From positions 37,324,001 to 37,388,000 of the forward strand of contig OX597833.1 in the NCBI GenBank assembly GCA_951406725.2: a DNA stretch of 64,000 bases, given 5' to 3'. The DNA is from Octopus vulgaris. Lineage: Eukaryota. Below the pieces are notes generated by a model. That model made no database searches, had not been told where the DNA came from, and was given only the letters and a program-made list of their open reading frames with translations. The stretch's first letter is position 1. Every line of letters starts with the position of its first letter. Below are positions 1-12,700 of this stretch, piece after piece. Made by a program: the position numbers and the translations under genes.

Positions 1-1477
1 CTAATTCTGCACTGACTTACCTATTTTTTGTTTGAATGGCTTTTAATAGAGTTAATCATTTTTTGCTATATAGGAATTTGGTCAAGCCTCAAATATCTAG
101 TAAACTGTGGATATGGCCTAAGCAGATTAAGATGCTCAAATATTAAATACAAAACTTTGAATTCCAAAATACTAAACAATGCACATTGCTCTGATTTGAT
201 TAAAATATAGAACATACAGGTTCCATCCTCTCATGCAAATATTCATACATGAAAAAGAAATTTATTCATCCACATTTAGTATGAAATTAAAAATCTTTGA
301 ACAAGATTGTTATGACTGGGGTGAAGATATGTTTAGATACTAATTTATTGTGAAGATAAAATATAAATTATTCATAACTTCTACCATATATGTTCATGAC
401 TTGACCTCTGCATGTAGCTAGAATGGTTCTGCATTTCTTGCAGCTTCCCCATTCAATTTCAAGTTAAACATGGTCAATTGATTGATGTAGATAATATATC
501 TTACATATGACTCAGTATTTCAGCATGGTTACTTCACAGGCCTTGTACATCTGTAGCTTTGAGAACCAGTTTTAAATTTATGTTGTAAAGATATGTTGTA
601 TATATATTACTTATATAAATATACTTTTTAGAATGACATGTACTTTTAATAGTTAACAAGTTTTCAATCAATTCTGTATGTGTATAGATTCCAAAACAAT
701 AAAAATACAAAAAAAAAAAAAAAATTATCCAGAACACGTATGACATATATAGTATACATTAAACATTGGATTTTCTCAATTTGTTTGATGATAAACAGTT
801 TTTAACTCCTTACTTCATATGAGAACTAATTAAAATATGATCCTCACCAAATTACCACCAATTGAGTGGGTAACATATTGGAGTGCCCAGCTCATTCTTG
901 AATCTATTGCAGACTTTCTATTACACATTTGAACATATTTAATTTGTACATTCTTCAGTAGGGCATGTTACTTGGAATAGATAGTAGATGCTGTCATATT
1001 TTGTTATCTGAGATACCTTAACAGTTTGTTTGGAATAGTATTTCTCTCATTTGTTTAATATCTTGCAATCAAAGCTCATGGAGTTATGCTTACTGAACCT
1101 AATTCATTAGCTGGAATTTTAAAGTTAATTACATTCATTGAATGCTTCCATCTTGAAAGACAGATGTGATTTTCTGTTCTCTTTGTAAACTGAAATGGAA
1201 TTTAAATAAGGGAAGGAATACTGTGAATTGGCAATGTCTGTAGACAAGAAAAGAGGAACTGTCCTTCTTCATATTGTACCACCACAACCATCAGTAATTT
1301 TGGTTATCATACGTGTGTTGCTGTGTAAAATGTGTTTCAGGTTACAATTGTCACACATACTAACATTAAATTATTACATGCATAGGCGTGGCTGTGTGGT
1401 AAGAAGCTTGCTTCACAACCACATGGTTCCAGGTTCAGTCCCATTGCGTGGTACCTTTGGCAGACCATAGCCATCTA

Positions 1478-1512
<35 letters not shown>

Positions 1513-1868
1513 GATTTTTTAACGGTGGTGCATCAGCGTGGCTGCAGCTCTGAGCTGAAACTACAGAAAAAAAACATGATCTATTATGGCTCCTATTTTT
1601 CTTTTTATTGTCTAAACAAATTTCATCTTAAAGCAACTATTAATTATTAAATAGTGTTGATATGTATCTAGCTTTTAGTTTTACATTCATATTTTGTATA
1701 CTTGTAGTTATTTTATACATTCCTTTTGCTACTGTTGACCACACAACTGGTCGGTACTTTTGTATGTATGTCAAAATAAATGAGACATATTTAGAAATTC
1801 TCAAAGGTAGTATTACTAAAAGGTGTTTGTGGATATATGTTTATGTATGTATTATATATATATATATA

Positions 1869-2268
1869 GGCGCAGGAGTGGCTGTGTGGTAAGTAGCTTG
1901 CTTACCAACCACATGGTTCCGGGTTCAGTCCCACTGCATCGCACCTTGGGCAAGTGTCTTCTACTATAGCCTCGGGCCGACCAAAGCCTTGTGAGTGGAT
2001 ATGGTAGACGGAAACTGAAAGAAGCCCGTCGTATATATGTATATATATATATGTGTGTGTGTCTGTGTTTCTCCCCCTAGCATTGCTTGACAACCGATGC
2101 TGGTGTGTTTATGTCCCCGTCACTTAGCGGTTTGGCAAAAGAGACCGATAAAATAAGTACTGGGCTTACAGAGAATAAGTCCCAGGGTCGAGTTGCTCGG
2201 CTAAAGGCGGTGCTCCAGCATGGCCGCAGTCAAATGACAGAAACAAGTAAAAGAGTAAAAAAAGAGAG
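1869..2268 (+). mobile_element. tRNA-derived SINE family A (octopus-type), full length
   Basis: A box TGGCTGTGTGG, B box GGTTCAGTCCC, central (TA/TG)n, tail GTAAAAGA repeats; many near-identical copies in the window. Confidence 0.9.
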
Positions 2269-2959
2269 TATATATATATATATATAATGGAACCACAGGA
2301 AGGTTAACATAGAAAGTAGATTTTAAGGTAGTAATAGGGATAATGGTTAGTGGAATGGGTGTTAGCTATGTGGATTCTAGTATAGGAGAGTAGTGCAAGA
2401 ATTGTTTATATATTTTTTCATACATGAAACCAATGGCATTGAAAATATCATTGTTGTAAGTTATTCTGATTAACGAGGTGAGCCAACAATTGCATTGTGT
2501 TTTAGTAATTACATAGCTTCTTGAGAAATTCTTATTATTCCTTTATAATTTTCATGAGGTTGCTATTCTAAAAAAAAAATAAACCACTTTTGTTTAAAAA
2601 AAGAGTAAACCACCTTTTTTTTACATTTCATTTTAAAGACAACCAAGACATTTGAGATTTGTAAAATATTATTTTAATGTCTACTTTTCCATGCTTACAT
2701 GGATCAGATGAGACTACATTGGGGTAGAGCTTTATTGCTGAATGATCTTCCAGTTACTAACCCTTTCTTGTTTCCAAGTGGAATAATAATCTCCCATTCA
2801 AACAACAGACATGTTTCATGCAAAGAATTGGAAACAGATAGCCCTGTATAAATGAGCTCTTTTTCGATACAAATCAAGAAACCTGGACATACTTTCATGG
2901 TGAACTGCAAGCAAACAACACTGTCAGGAAGTCATTTTTACAACTAAAAGAGAGAGAAA

Positions 2960-3810
2960 TTAAATTCCATATCTTCAGAGTCCTCTTGAATGCATAACAT
3001 CGCAGATTGTTGCAGCAAGTTCAAGTAAATGGGACTTGTCATAGTACCATAAAGAAAGAATGGTCCAGTTAATCCTTTTAAGGATAAGCTGCACATACTG
3101 TAACTCTTGGTAAAATAATGTAATGTTCCAATGTGATATTACTCCATAATATGCAGATGCTCATGTCGCCAGTAGATACAATTGTGGTGGTTAACGGAGC
3201 CAGTTAATTTGAATGTAGCCTCGTTACTCCAAACAATCTTTGACGGAAAGTGTGCACCTTCTGCACATGTTACCAGGTTCCATGCACAAAATTCCACTCT
3301 TTGGTCTGGATCAGCTTCATTGGGAGCATGGACTATTCTTGGAACTTGATTTTGAAATTCCTATCTCATAACTAGCTTGCTACACAGATTCTCTTGAACT
3401 CTGGTAATACATTTCTAGTACCCTTTCTTGCTCTTTGGGGTTCATTAATGTTTGTGGTCTTCCAGAATGTTTCATGTGGACATTTTTAAAACTTCCATCT
3501 GGTTCTGCATAGGTGGATCTGTTTGAAACTCCTTTTTAAGCCATTTTTGTACTTCAACTGGTTGAAGGAAATTTATCCTAAAGTGCTCCTGGAAGTTTGA
3601 AAAAAGCTTCCAGTTTAACATAAATTCCCTTTGCTCAAAAGTTAGGCTGGCTCCCTTCATTATTTCTGTGTACAATGTAAAAATGCACAACCTGTTGTTA
3701 GTATGATGAAGGACCACTCCGATATAATCAACCACACATATTACATAACTTCTCACATGGAAGCACTTACGTGCAATGGGTTTTGAAATGGAGTGATACA
3801 GAAACAATTG
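2960..3810 (-). mobile_element. Tc1/mariner-superfamily transposase relic
   Basis: - strand reads IVWSNEATFKLTGSVNHHNCIYW and ...GPFFLYGTMTSPIYLNLLQQ, with broken frames. Confidence 0.7.
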
Positions 3811-3916
3811 CCACTAATAATAAAGTTGCACTCTATTCATTCTTTGTCTTAATATTTGTATTTTGTGTGTGTGTGTGTACACATGCATACATGTTGGTGT
3901 TTATAAGGTATATGTA

Positions 3917-4117
3917 TTCTTTTGTTTCAGTCATTTGACTGTGACCATGCTGGAGCACCGCCTTTAGTTAAGCAAATCAACTCTAAGACTTATTTTTTGT
4001 AAGCCTTGTACTTATTCTATCGGTCGCTTTTGCCGCACCACTAAGTTACGGGGACGTAAACACACCAGCATCGGTTGTCAAGCAATGTTAGGGGGACACA
4101 GACACACAGACACATAA

Positions 4118-4154
<37 letters not shown>

Positions 4155-4324
4155 TACACACATACAATAGGCTTCTTTCAATTTCCGTCTACCAAATCCA
4201 CTTACAAGGTTTTTGTTGTCCTGAGGCTATAGCAGAAGACACTTGCCCAAGGTGCCACACAGTGGGACTGAACTCGGAACTGTGTGATTGGTAAGCAAGC
4301 TACTTACCACACAGCCACTCCTAC
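3917..4324 (-). mobile_element. SINE family A, full length
   Basis: Reverse complement of the 1869-2268 copy. Confidence 0.9.
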
Positions 4325-4368
4325 AACTATGTATGTAAATATTTGTATACATATGTATATACAAATAC

Positions 4369-4530
4369 AGGCACTGTTATGATTTTGTGGTTAAGTTTTC
4401 TTCCAAGCCATATGGTTCCAAGTTCAGTCCCTCTGTATGACTCCTTAGGCAAGTGTCTTTTATTATAGCCCTGGGTTGACTAAGGCTTTGTTAGTGGATT
4501 TGTTAGATGAAAACTGAAAGAAGCCCATGA
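4369..4530 (+). mobile_element. SINE family A, 5' half (similar pieces at 1383-1465, 58165-58310, 62025-62170)
   Basis: Diverged tRNA-like head through ...aaactgaaagaagccc. Confidence 0.75.
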
Positions 4531-5274
4531 TACAGACATACTTGTGTGTGTGTATACATATATGTATATATTATTATTATCATTGTTTAAAAACTGTTTC
4601 ATTTGACTCCAGGCAACTTAGTTTCATAGGCTTGGGCTGCTATTGGTCAAAACAGGTCACTTGTTGTTATTAGAAAGGAAACTTTCTTTGACCATGTGGC
4701 TTGGATGCATCTTGAAGTCTGGTTGGTCTTAGAAGGGATTTAGAGATGAGCAAAAACATGACTGGCAAAAGTATGTGTTTGTGTGTTTCACTGATGTATG
4801 AGTATATGGATTTGGGTGTCAATCTCACTTCTAATAACACCATGGGACTCACCTTCCAACTGCAGCCAGCTTGTCTGTCTCCATTTTGTTAACTGCACCT
4901 CAATTAGTTAGGCATGGAGCAGGACCAAACTGTTTTTAAATAATGTAACTCCTACAAAATGTGTTCAGTACATCTTTCTTTCATTTGGCCATTCACACAC
5001 ACACATACACATATATGTGTGTGTTTCCTCTCTCTGTTTTCTTTCCTCATTCTTTTTCTGTTGAAGAACATTGGCTCAAATCCTCAAAAACTGAGTGTCA
5101 AACTAATGCACTTTGTTGTTTCCTTACCTGTCTGTCTTGTTTTTTGTACATTTGCACCATATATATATATATATAAACAATATGAATTTCACCTTTAAAG
5201 GTATTTTTTAATATGCTGGCCATTGATAAAGTTTTTTTTGAAAAAAATTTTATCCTACATTAGATATATATATA

Positions 5275-5657
5275 GGTGCAGGCATGGCTGTGTGGTAAGA
5301 AGCTCGCTTCCAAACTACATGGGTCCAGGTTCAGCCCCACTGCATAGCACCTTGGACAAGTGTCTTCTACTATAGTCTCAGGTCGACCAAGGCCTTGTGA
5401 GTGGATCTAGTAGATGGAAACTGAAAGAAGCCCATCAAATATATATGTATATATTTGTGTCTGTGTTTGTACCCTCCCCATTGCTTAACAACTGATGTTG
5501 GTGTGTTTATGTCCGTGTAACTTAGTGGTTTGGCAAAAAGCAACCGATAGAATAAGTGCTAGGCTCACAAAGAATAAGTCCTGGGTCGATTTCTTCAACT
5601 TAAAACAGTGCTCCAGCATGGCCGCAGTCAAATGATTGAAACAAGTAAAAGAATAAA
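5275..5657 (+). mobile_element. SINE family A, full length
   Basis: Collinear with the 1869-2268 copy. Confidence 0.9.
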
Positions 5658-5699
5658 AGAACATATATATATATATATATATATATAAACACATGTATA

Positions 5700-5868
5700 A
5701 ATAAGGAATTAAATAAGAGAAAATGGATCAGACATTATTTATTTCATATCACTGCAATTGTTTCTACACATTGGCACACTTGTAGTATATTGGTGATGAT
5801 GTGTAGAAAGTGATATGAAATAAAGAACGTTATTCAATCCATTTTCTCTTATTCATCTCTTTATATAA
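5700..5868. repeat. Fold-back element abutting (TA)n
   Basis: aataagagaaaatggat...tttcatatcact..tttctacaca / tgtgtagaaa..gtgatatgaaa...atccattttctcttatt. Confidence 0.8.
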
Positions 5869-6031
5869 ACTCTATCGACACTATGGACTTCTGGATGTTT
5901 ATCCAGTGACAGGGCTATTCCCACTGTGTGATGAAATGTGGTTGCCAATAACTGCGAATGAGCTTTGTAGAGCATACTACAAAGTTTTTACCCAAGTTGT
6001 ATTCAACAACACGTGTGTGTGTGTGTGTGAA

Positions 6032-6440
6032 TTCTTTTTCTTTTTTAATTGTTTTAATAATTTCACTGCAGCCATGCTGGAGCACCACCTTTAGTCAAGC
6101 AAATCAACCTCAAGACTTATTCTTTGTAAACCTAGTACTTATTCTATTGGTTTGCGTTTACCTAACTGCTAAGTTACAGGGTCGTAAACACACCAACATT
6201 GGTTGTCTAGCAATGTCATGGGTGGGGGTGGGGGAGACACAAACATACACACACATAGATACATACATATATATATACGATGAGCTTCTTTCAGTTTCTG
6301 TCTACCAAATTCACTCACAAGGCTTTGGTCAGCCTGAGGCTATAGTAGAAGATACATGCCCAGAGTGCCACACAATGAGACTGAACCTGGAATCATGTGG
6401 TTGGTAAGCAAGCTACTTAACCTACAGCCACTCCTGTGCC
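6032..6440 (-). mobile_element. SINE family A, full length
   Basis: Reverse-complement match to family A. Confidence 0.9.
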
Positions 6441-6500
6441 TGTATGTATATGTATATATACATACACACACACACACACACACCACACATCCCTCCCTCC

Positions 6501-6554
<54 letters not shown>

Positions 6555-6650
6555 TTCTGAGCAAAGTGTCATTCAAATACAAAGCAGTAATAATAAATCT
6601 AATAAATGACAAAGGAATAAGAAATTATGTGATAAACTTCATTACCTTAT

Positions 6651-7053
6651 CGCAGGAGTGGCTGTGTGGTAAGTAGCTTGCTTACCAACCACATGGTTCC
6701 GGGTTCAGTCCCACTGCGTCGCACCTTGAGCAAGTGTCTTCTGCTATAGCCTCGGGCCAACCAAAGCCTTGTGAGTGGATTTGGTAGACGGAAACTGAAA
6801 GAAGCCCGTCGTATATTTGTATATATATATATATATGCGTGTGTGTGTCTGTGTTTGTCCCCCTAGCATTGCTTGACAACCGATGCTGGTGTGTTTATAT
6901 CCCCGTTACTTAGTGGTTCGGCAAAAGAGACTGATAGAATAAGTACTGGGCTTACAAAAGAATAAGTCCTGGGGTTGAGTTGCTCAATTAAAGGCGGTGC
7001 TCCAGCATGGCCGCAGTCAAATGACTGAAACAAGTAAAAGAGAGAGTAAAGAG
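6651..7053 (+). mobile_element. SINE family A, full length, young
   Basis: Near-identical to the 1869-2268 and 42908-43312 copies. Confidence 0.9.
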
Positions 7054-8593
7054 AGTTATCACTGTCTCTGCTAAGATGCAATGCACTCATAGTTGAGTGC
7101 TTGAGTATCATCCTTTAGCTTCATCAAAGCTTCAATAAAAATATACATCCATATATATGTATGAACAGGTGAATATGGTTGTGTTTGTGTTACTGTCACA
7201 CAAGCAGTGCCACTTATTTTCAATATTCATAAAAAATGAATAAAGAGTATAGTGACCAAAGGATCGCGAAAGGTGGGTAGAAGCTGCAAGTGTATAGGGA
7301 AGGTAGAGTGAGAGATAGAGATAGCGATAGGGGTGACAGTGGTCGTAAGTAAATAGGGCATGAAAGTAGTTGATTGTGAAGGAATGTGGGGCAGTTACTG
7401 GTAAGTATGAAGGATGGAAATTGGAAGTGACTCAGAGAAGAGGGAGTGATGACTGGCAGTAGAGAAAGGGTGATAATATGATATGTAATAACAGGTTTTT
7501 GTTTTTATTAATTACAAGGATAGGGTAATACAGTAGATAAAAGGGTGGTGGAAGGATGAGCAATAAACAAACAAGGAGAGAACAGCAGATGTAGACTTGG
7601 CTAGAACACAGTCCCAGATATGTGCATACACATTATACTTCTAGCTTCCATAGCTACCCTATTTTTAACATCAGTTTCACTATATATTTGTGTGTGTGTA
7701 ATATGTTTACATGCACACACATAATTAACATTATCATTATAATTATTGTCATTGTATGTGTATCAACTTTTTCCATTGGGACGACTAAATTCCTTGTAAA
7801 GTATTCTTCACTTGAATGCCTTCCACGATGCTAAACTTTGCTTACAATTAATGTCTTCACTCATAAAACTGCCAAGAAGGAGGTTTTCTTTAAGGGGTAC
7901 ATAAAGAAATGTCACCACTTCCCAAACAACATAAATGGTGAAGAACACATTAAACCACTGCCGGACACAGCAGAAATAAACAAACACATGCACATACACA
8001 CGTGACAGAATTCAGTATTAATTTTCATCTACCAAATTTTCAAGGCAAAAGCAGAAGACACTTGCCCAAGGTGTTACACAGTTGGGTCAAACCAGAAATC
8101 ACATAGTTTCAAAGTAAACTTCTAAACCATGTGAGCATTACTGCACATATCTATTTTATCTTCCTGTCTGTGTGTGTTTATACATACATAATTGTCTAAA
8201 ATCTCATGACTCACCACTCTTTCCATACTTGCTATCACTGGAGAGCACATGGTATTACTTAACTGTGCTGTTATATACCATCTGGTTTTAGTACCCTGTG
8301 TGAAACCACTGTATACTTTGAGATATATATATATATACATACATTCATACAAATAGACTATTAGGAGTCTACCTCCACCTAACACTTTTGATTACAAAAC
8401 TCAAATGTCTTATTAGAAAATGATCTCTATTCAGTTTTTATTTTGTTTCTTTTTATCTTGAATATCAAATTGTTGTATGAGTAAAACTTTCCAAGTAATA
8501 CAAATATTTAACTTTATAGTTTTCAGTATTCATTATTTTTATATCAAAATATTTCTAACACTGTATTTTTTTCTTGTTCTCTCTCTTTTCTAG

Positions 8594-8830
8594 TTTGGTA
8601 CCACATTTGACCATAGGACTGAAGATATCTGTATCCTTTTCTTAGAATCACGATTCTATATAGAACTGTAAATGTGAAATTGCTCTAATCTCTGGATTCC
8701 CTTAAACCTGATAACATGAAAAGTCATAATAGTCTTTTTGGAAATTCTACTTTCAGATAATTTATGTAGAAACCAATCAGAAATAATTCAAACCTATTTA
8801 TATAACACCCAATAGTTTGCTTGCATCTAG
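8594..8830 (+). other. Exon of a + strand transcript (probable miRNA host; non-coding or UTR)
   Basis: Branch-like ttctaac, about 30-nt pyrimidine tract and tag| at 8591-8593; donor AG|gtaaat at 8831. All three frames stop within 26 codons. Confidence 0.5.
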
Positions 8831-10448
8831 GTAAATAATTAGACATCAGATATCATCTTTTTACATGTGCTTGAACATTATGGTAGGAAGCTAGTATTTT
8901 TCAATTTTATGATTACATTGGAGAATATTGCTATACCATGCACAATGTGTGTGTATGAATATTAAGAAAAAAAAGCTGAAAATTTATTTAGAATTACTTA
9001 ACTGATTTCACAGTTTCCATGATAATTGAAAGTATTAAAATATGAAGTCTTGAGGTTATACCATATTTGTCTAAATGAAATTTTTTACTAGGTGTTTATC
9101 ACTGATGCTTTGTGAAGCAGTTCTTTACCATTTTCAAAGATTTTATTGTAGATTTCTAAACATTGCATTTTCAGATTTTAAGCATTTAAGTAGTTCAGTT
9201 GGTTAATATTATGCTACTGTCAAATGGTCAGTTAGCTCTTCTGTTCAAAACAAGCTATTAGTTAATCCTTTGATCACATCAGCGCTTCATTTGAAGGCTC
9301 CATTTTTCATATGTATCAAAGATCTTAAAGGTGTCCAAACAATGTGTTATGGTTTCATATTGTAGTCAGGTGCCTGCTACATTTCTATATATGTTGCTAT
9401 TGCTTATTCAGTTGTAATTTATATTTTTAAATATTTTTCTTTATTTGGCCATATTTGATTTCTAGTTTTGTCAGAACAATGATAAAGTGTTAAGACTAGC
9501 AATTTTGAGGATTTCTTTCTTGCACTTCTGTCTAAATATTTGTGTAGAATCTTCCTAGTATTAGGGTCTCATATGAATAGTGAGTCTGGTTCTCAAATTA
9601 AGTTTCATTTGTCCTATATATTTTTCATTAGAACCATTGCATTTGGTAGCATAAATTAAATTTTTGACGAACAGGTGAAGTAGTTTTCCACAGTGAAGAC
9701 ATGTCTTGATTGGAACTTTTTAGGATGTGTCTTCTACATGATAAATGCATTTTCAAAAATTTAAAACAATTGAGTATTCATACTAGATTAAATGATATAT
9801 TTATTTTAGCATGTTTTGAGTGCTATGAAGTAATTAGTAAGTATTATTTTGAATCTGTCGACTTGTAGTGGATGTCAGTTTTAATGTTTGTGGGTGGGGG
9901 TTGTTGTTTTTTCTGAAAGGATGATTGTAACTTTATTTCATTGTGAAATATAAATTGTTATTTATGTGAATAATTAAGGTTTTGAAATCATTAAGTTAGT
10001 CAAACCCATGAGTCCACAGAATGAGTCCAAATAATCCAATTTTAAGTTGATACCATAGTTTAGTGTAGATGGTTCATATATTTGAACTATGGCATGATTA
10101 ATTTGCATAAGCAAGGACAACCTTTCTTTCCATAAATGCAGCATTGAATTTAAAAAGATCATTTTGTAGGATGAATTTTATTCCTTCTGTAATTAGTTGT
10201 TTTTTGTTCTCAGTCTGAGATTTTATTAGGAAACTTTTTAAACCAGAATTCTTATAGTTTCTTGTCCATAGACATGTGGAGTAATAGTGAAGAGGTTTGC
10301 TACATCATTTAGTCCAGGCAAATACAGTATAGATCTAAGAATCTCCATGTCTCACTACTTTTGAAAATCAGGAAAATTTTGAAACCAGTTAGGTAGTTTT
10401 TTTATTTTATAATTCTACTCATGTGGGGGAAAATGTTATCCTCCTCCA

Positions 10449-10480
<32 letters not shown>

Positions 10481-10491
<11 letters not shown>

Positions 10492-10889
10492 AAATATAAG
10501 TTTGAGATAAAACCACTATTATGCAACTTGAACAGTGATAGACATAAACCAAAACATAAATAACAAATATATTTTTATAAAACATATAACTAGATCTCAA
10601 AAAGTATAAAAATGAATGATCAATATATAATACGTATTATATATTGATCATTCATTTTTATACTTATTATATATTGATTATTCATTTTTATACTTTTTGA
10701 GATCTAGTTATATGCGTCATAAAAATATATATTATTCGCTATTTATGTTTTGGTTTATGTCTATTACTGTTTAAGTTGCATAATAGTGGTTTTATCTCTA
10801 ATTTATGTTTTATATATTTATATTGTGAAATTTGATTTAATACTAAATTGGATTTTTCCCTGTAAGTTTGGAGTTATACTCCCTAATAT

Positions 10890-10890
<1 letters not shown>
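10481..10890. repeat. Spacer-less palindrome (about 150-bp arms) inserted in (TA)n
   Basis: Centre tacgta at 10631-10636; arms 10481-10633 and 10634-~10822; 30-bp tandem duplication in the right arm. Confidence 0.9.
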
Positions 10891-10971
<81 letters not shown>

Positions 10972-11977
10972 GATTTAGGTTTTGTCTTTTTATATATTGA
11001 TAAAACTTAACCATTTATGATTTTTATTCACTGAAATTATTTCAATGAGTTTTCATAATAACAATCTTGGTTTTCTTTAGATATGAGTAAAATAGTAAAG
11101 TAGTTATAAGTTACACTTGATTGGGTTATTCAATATTTCTGAAGAATTTGCACTGAATAACCGCTCTTCTCCTCCTAGCCTGTCCATTAGACTAATGTTT
11201 TATAAACTACTCCAATGATATCACTGTAGTAGGAGGAGTGGCTAGCTGAGAGCAGTTGACTTAAACACCAGTGGTCTTAACACACAAAGATCCTGAGTTT
11301 ATGTTTACATGTTCCTACACAAGCCACATCTTTCTTTTCATTTTTCATCTTATCCTTATCTTTTGTGTAATCAAAATTATTTTACTTGTACTTGTATTTT
11401 GACTCTTCTGAAACAGGACTATGACAAATCTATTTTATTTGCATGATATTGGTTTAAAAAATAAAATCAGGTTAATGTGAAATGTGTGTGTATAACTAAG
11501 TAATATTGAATTGAAGTAGGATATGAGGGTGTTGTATGTTGTGCTTTATTTGTCAATGGCTTTATTTTTCATATCTAACAATTTTTTCTGTATCAACAAC
11601 TGTACATTTACTTAATCATAAGGATCTGTGCTTTGCTGATGAGGCCATAATATAACAGAAATGTGGTCCAACTTGCCAAAATTATTAAAATATTATTAGT
11701 CAACGTCTAATATTATCTTTTTTCTTCACCACATAATTACAGTTAATTTTTTTTACTGTTCTCTATATGAATTAAGTTAAGAGCAACTAAATTTATTTAT
11801 CATACCGTTGTCTTGTCACTGACTATGGACTATAATTATTTGACCAATTCATTGTTGGCATTTTACTTTGGACATCTAGCTAACCAGCTACAGCATCAGC
11901 TCCATTATTTTTAGTCGTTTTTTTAATGTATCGTGTCATTGAATTTTGTAACTACTACACAACTACCAACCCTTAAT

Positions 11978-12060
11978 GGCGCCCCCCCTTACCCTGAGAC
12001 CGTTTAACTTGTACACAGATTAAAGACAGGTTACGGTCTTAGGCACAGGATGGGTTTGCC
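11978..12060 (+). ncRNA. mir-125-like: pre-miRNA hairpin, miR-125/lin-4-like (MIR-10 family); predicted 5p ACCCUGAGACCGUUUAACUUGU (11991-12012)
   Basis: 5p arm has the miR-125 seed CCCUGAG and resembles UCCCUGAGACCCUAACUUGUGA. 3p arm ACAGGUUACGGUCUUAGG (12026-12043) pairs over 18 bp with two G-U and a UU bulge; 13-nt loop; lower stem CCU/AGG, GCCC/GGGU, GGC/GCC; basal UG at -14 (11977-11978) and apical UGU. Confidence 0.85.
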
Positions 12061-12493
12061 ACAATCAACTGTACTTAGCTGGTTGTTTTGTTTTGTATTA
12101 AATTGAAAAGAGCTCAGTTAGACTTCTACTGTGATTACATTAATGTGCTTCTCCACACTTGTCAAACTTCCACTCTTCCCTCCTCTTAAACAACCCACTC
12201 AGATTTGCATTTTTTAAGTGTTACCTCACCAGCATAATTAGTAGTTGATAGGAAAAAGTCGGTCAAAATCCTAGCTGAAGGAGTTCACAGTGACATTTTT
12301 TTAAATCAATTCATCCGATTGAGAAGTTGAGTTGATATTCAGTAGTCATAAGGGAAGCAGTAAAAATAACCGAAACATGTCTTGCTCAATTATATCCCTT
12401 TATAAATCTCTGTGTGTGTATGGGTGGGGGTGGGGGTGAGAGTGGGTGGGGTGGGTTACATTTGACATGTTGCATTTGTATTTTATATTGCAG

Positions 12494-12700
12494 ATACTGA
12501 AAAGAAGAATCTTTGTGAGAGGAGTTGGGCAGTTACAAGTATCACCACTACCACTGCTACAATCTTGACCACATGCTGAAATTTTAATAAATGGTTTTAT
12601 TATAATTAGATGTGTAGATATATTGTGAGTGTATGTATTTAAACCACAATTATTTTACACATACATTCACTTTGGGAATAAACATGTAAACCCAGACTGA
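12494..12700 (+). other. Probable terminal exon of the + strand host transcript
   Basis: Acceptor tattttatattgcag|; AATAAA at 12586-12591 and 12677-12682, followed by a GU/U-rich tract at 12701-12718. Confidence 0.45.

Noticed and set aside
309-400. AGATATGTTT (miR-190-like 5' end) in a loose hairpin
   Set aside because: A large asymmetric bulge falls in the would-be duplex and the 3' half does not match miR-190; likely chance in AT-rich DNA.
5958-6879. Recurrent ORFs of the YDGLLSVSVYQIHSQGFG...EDTCP type
   Set aside because: Antisense translations of family A SINEs.
9693-9737. 15-bp G-U-rich stem GAAGACAUGUCUUGA/UUAGGAUGUGUCUUC
   Set aside because: Too short for a pre-miRNA, no lower stem, and the seed does not match miR-71.
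11636-11670. CTGATGAGGCC...GGTC hammerhead-like start
   Set aside because: No GAAA follows stem II and no stem III or cleavage triplet can be formed.
11950-11975. let-7-3p-like ctacacaactaccaaccctt beside the miRNA
   Set aside because: No complementary TGAGGTAG 5p arm nearby.
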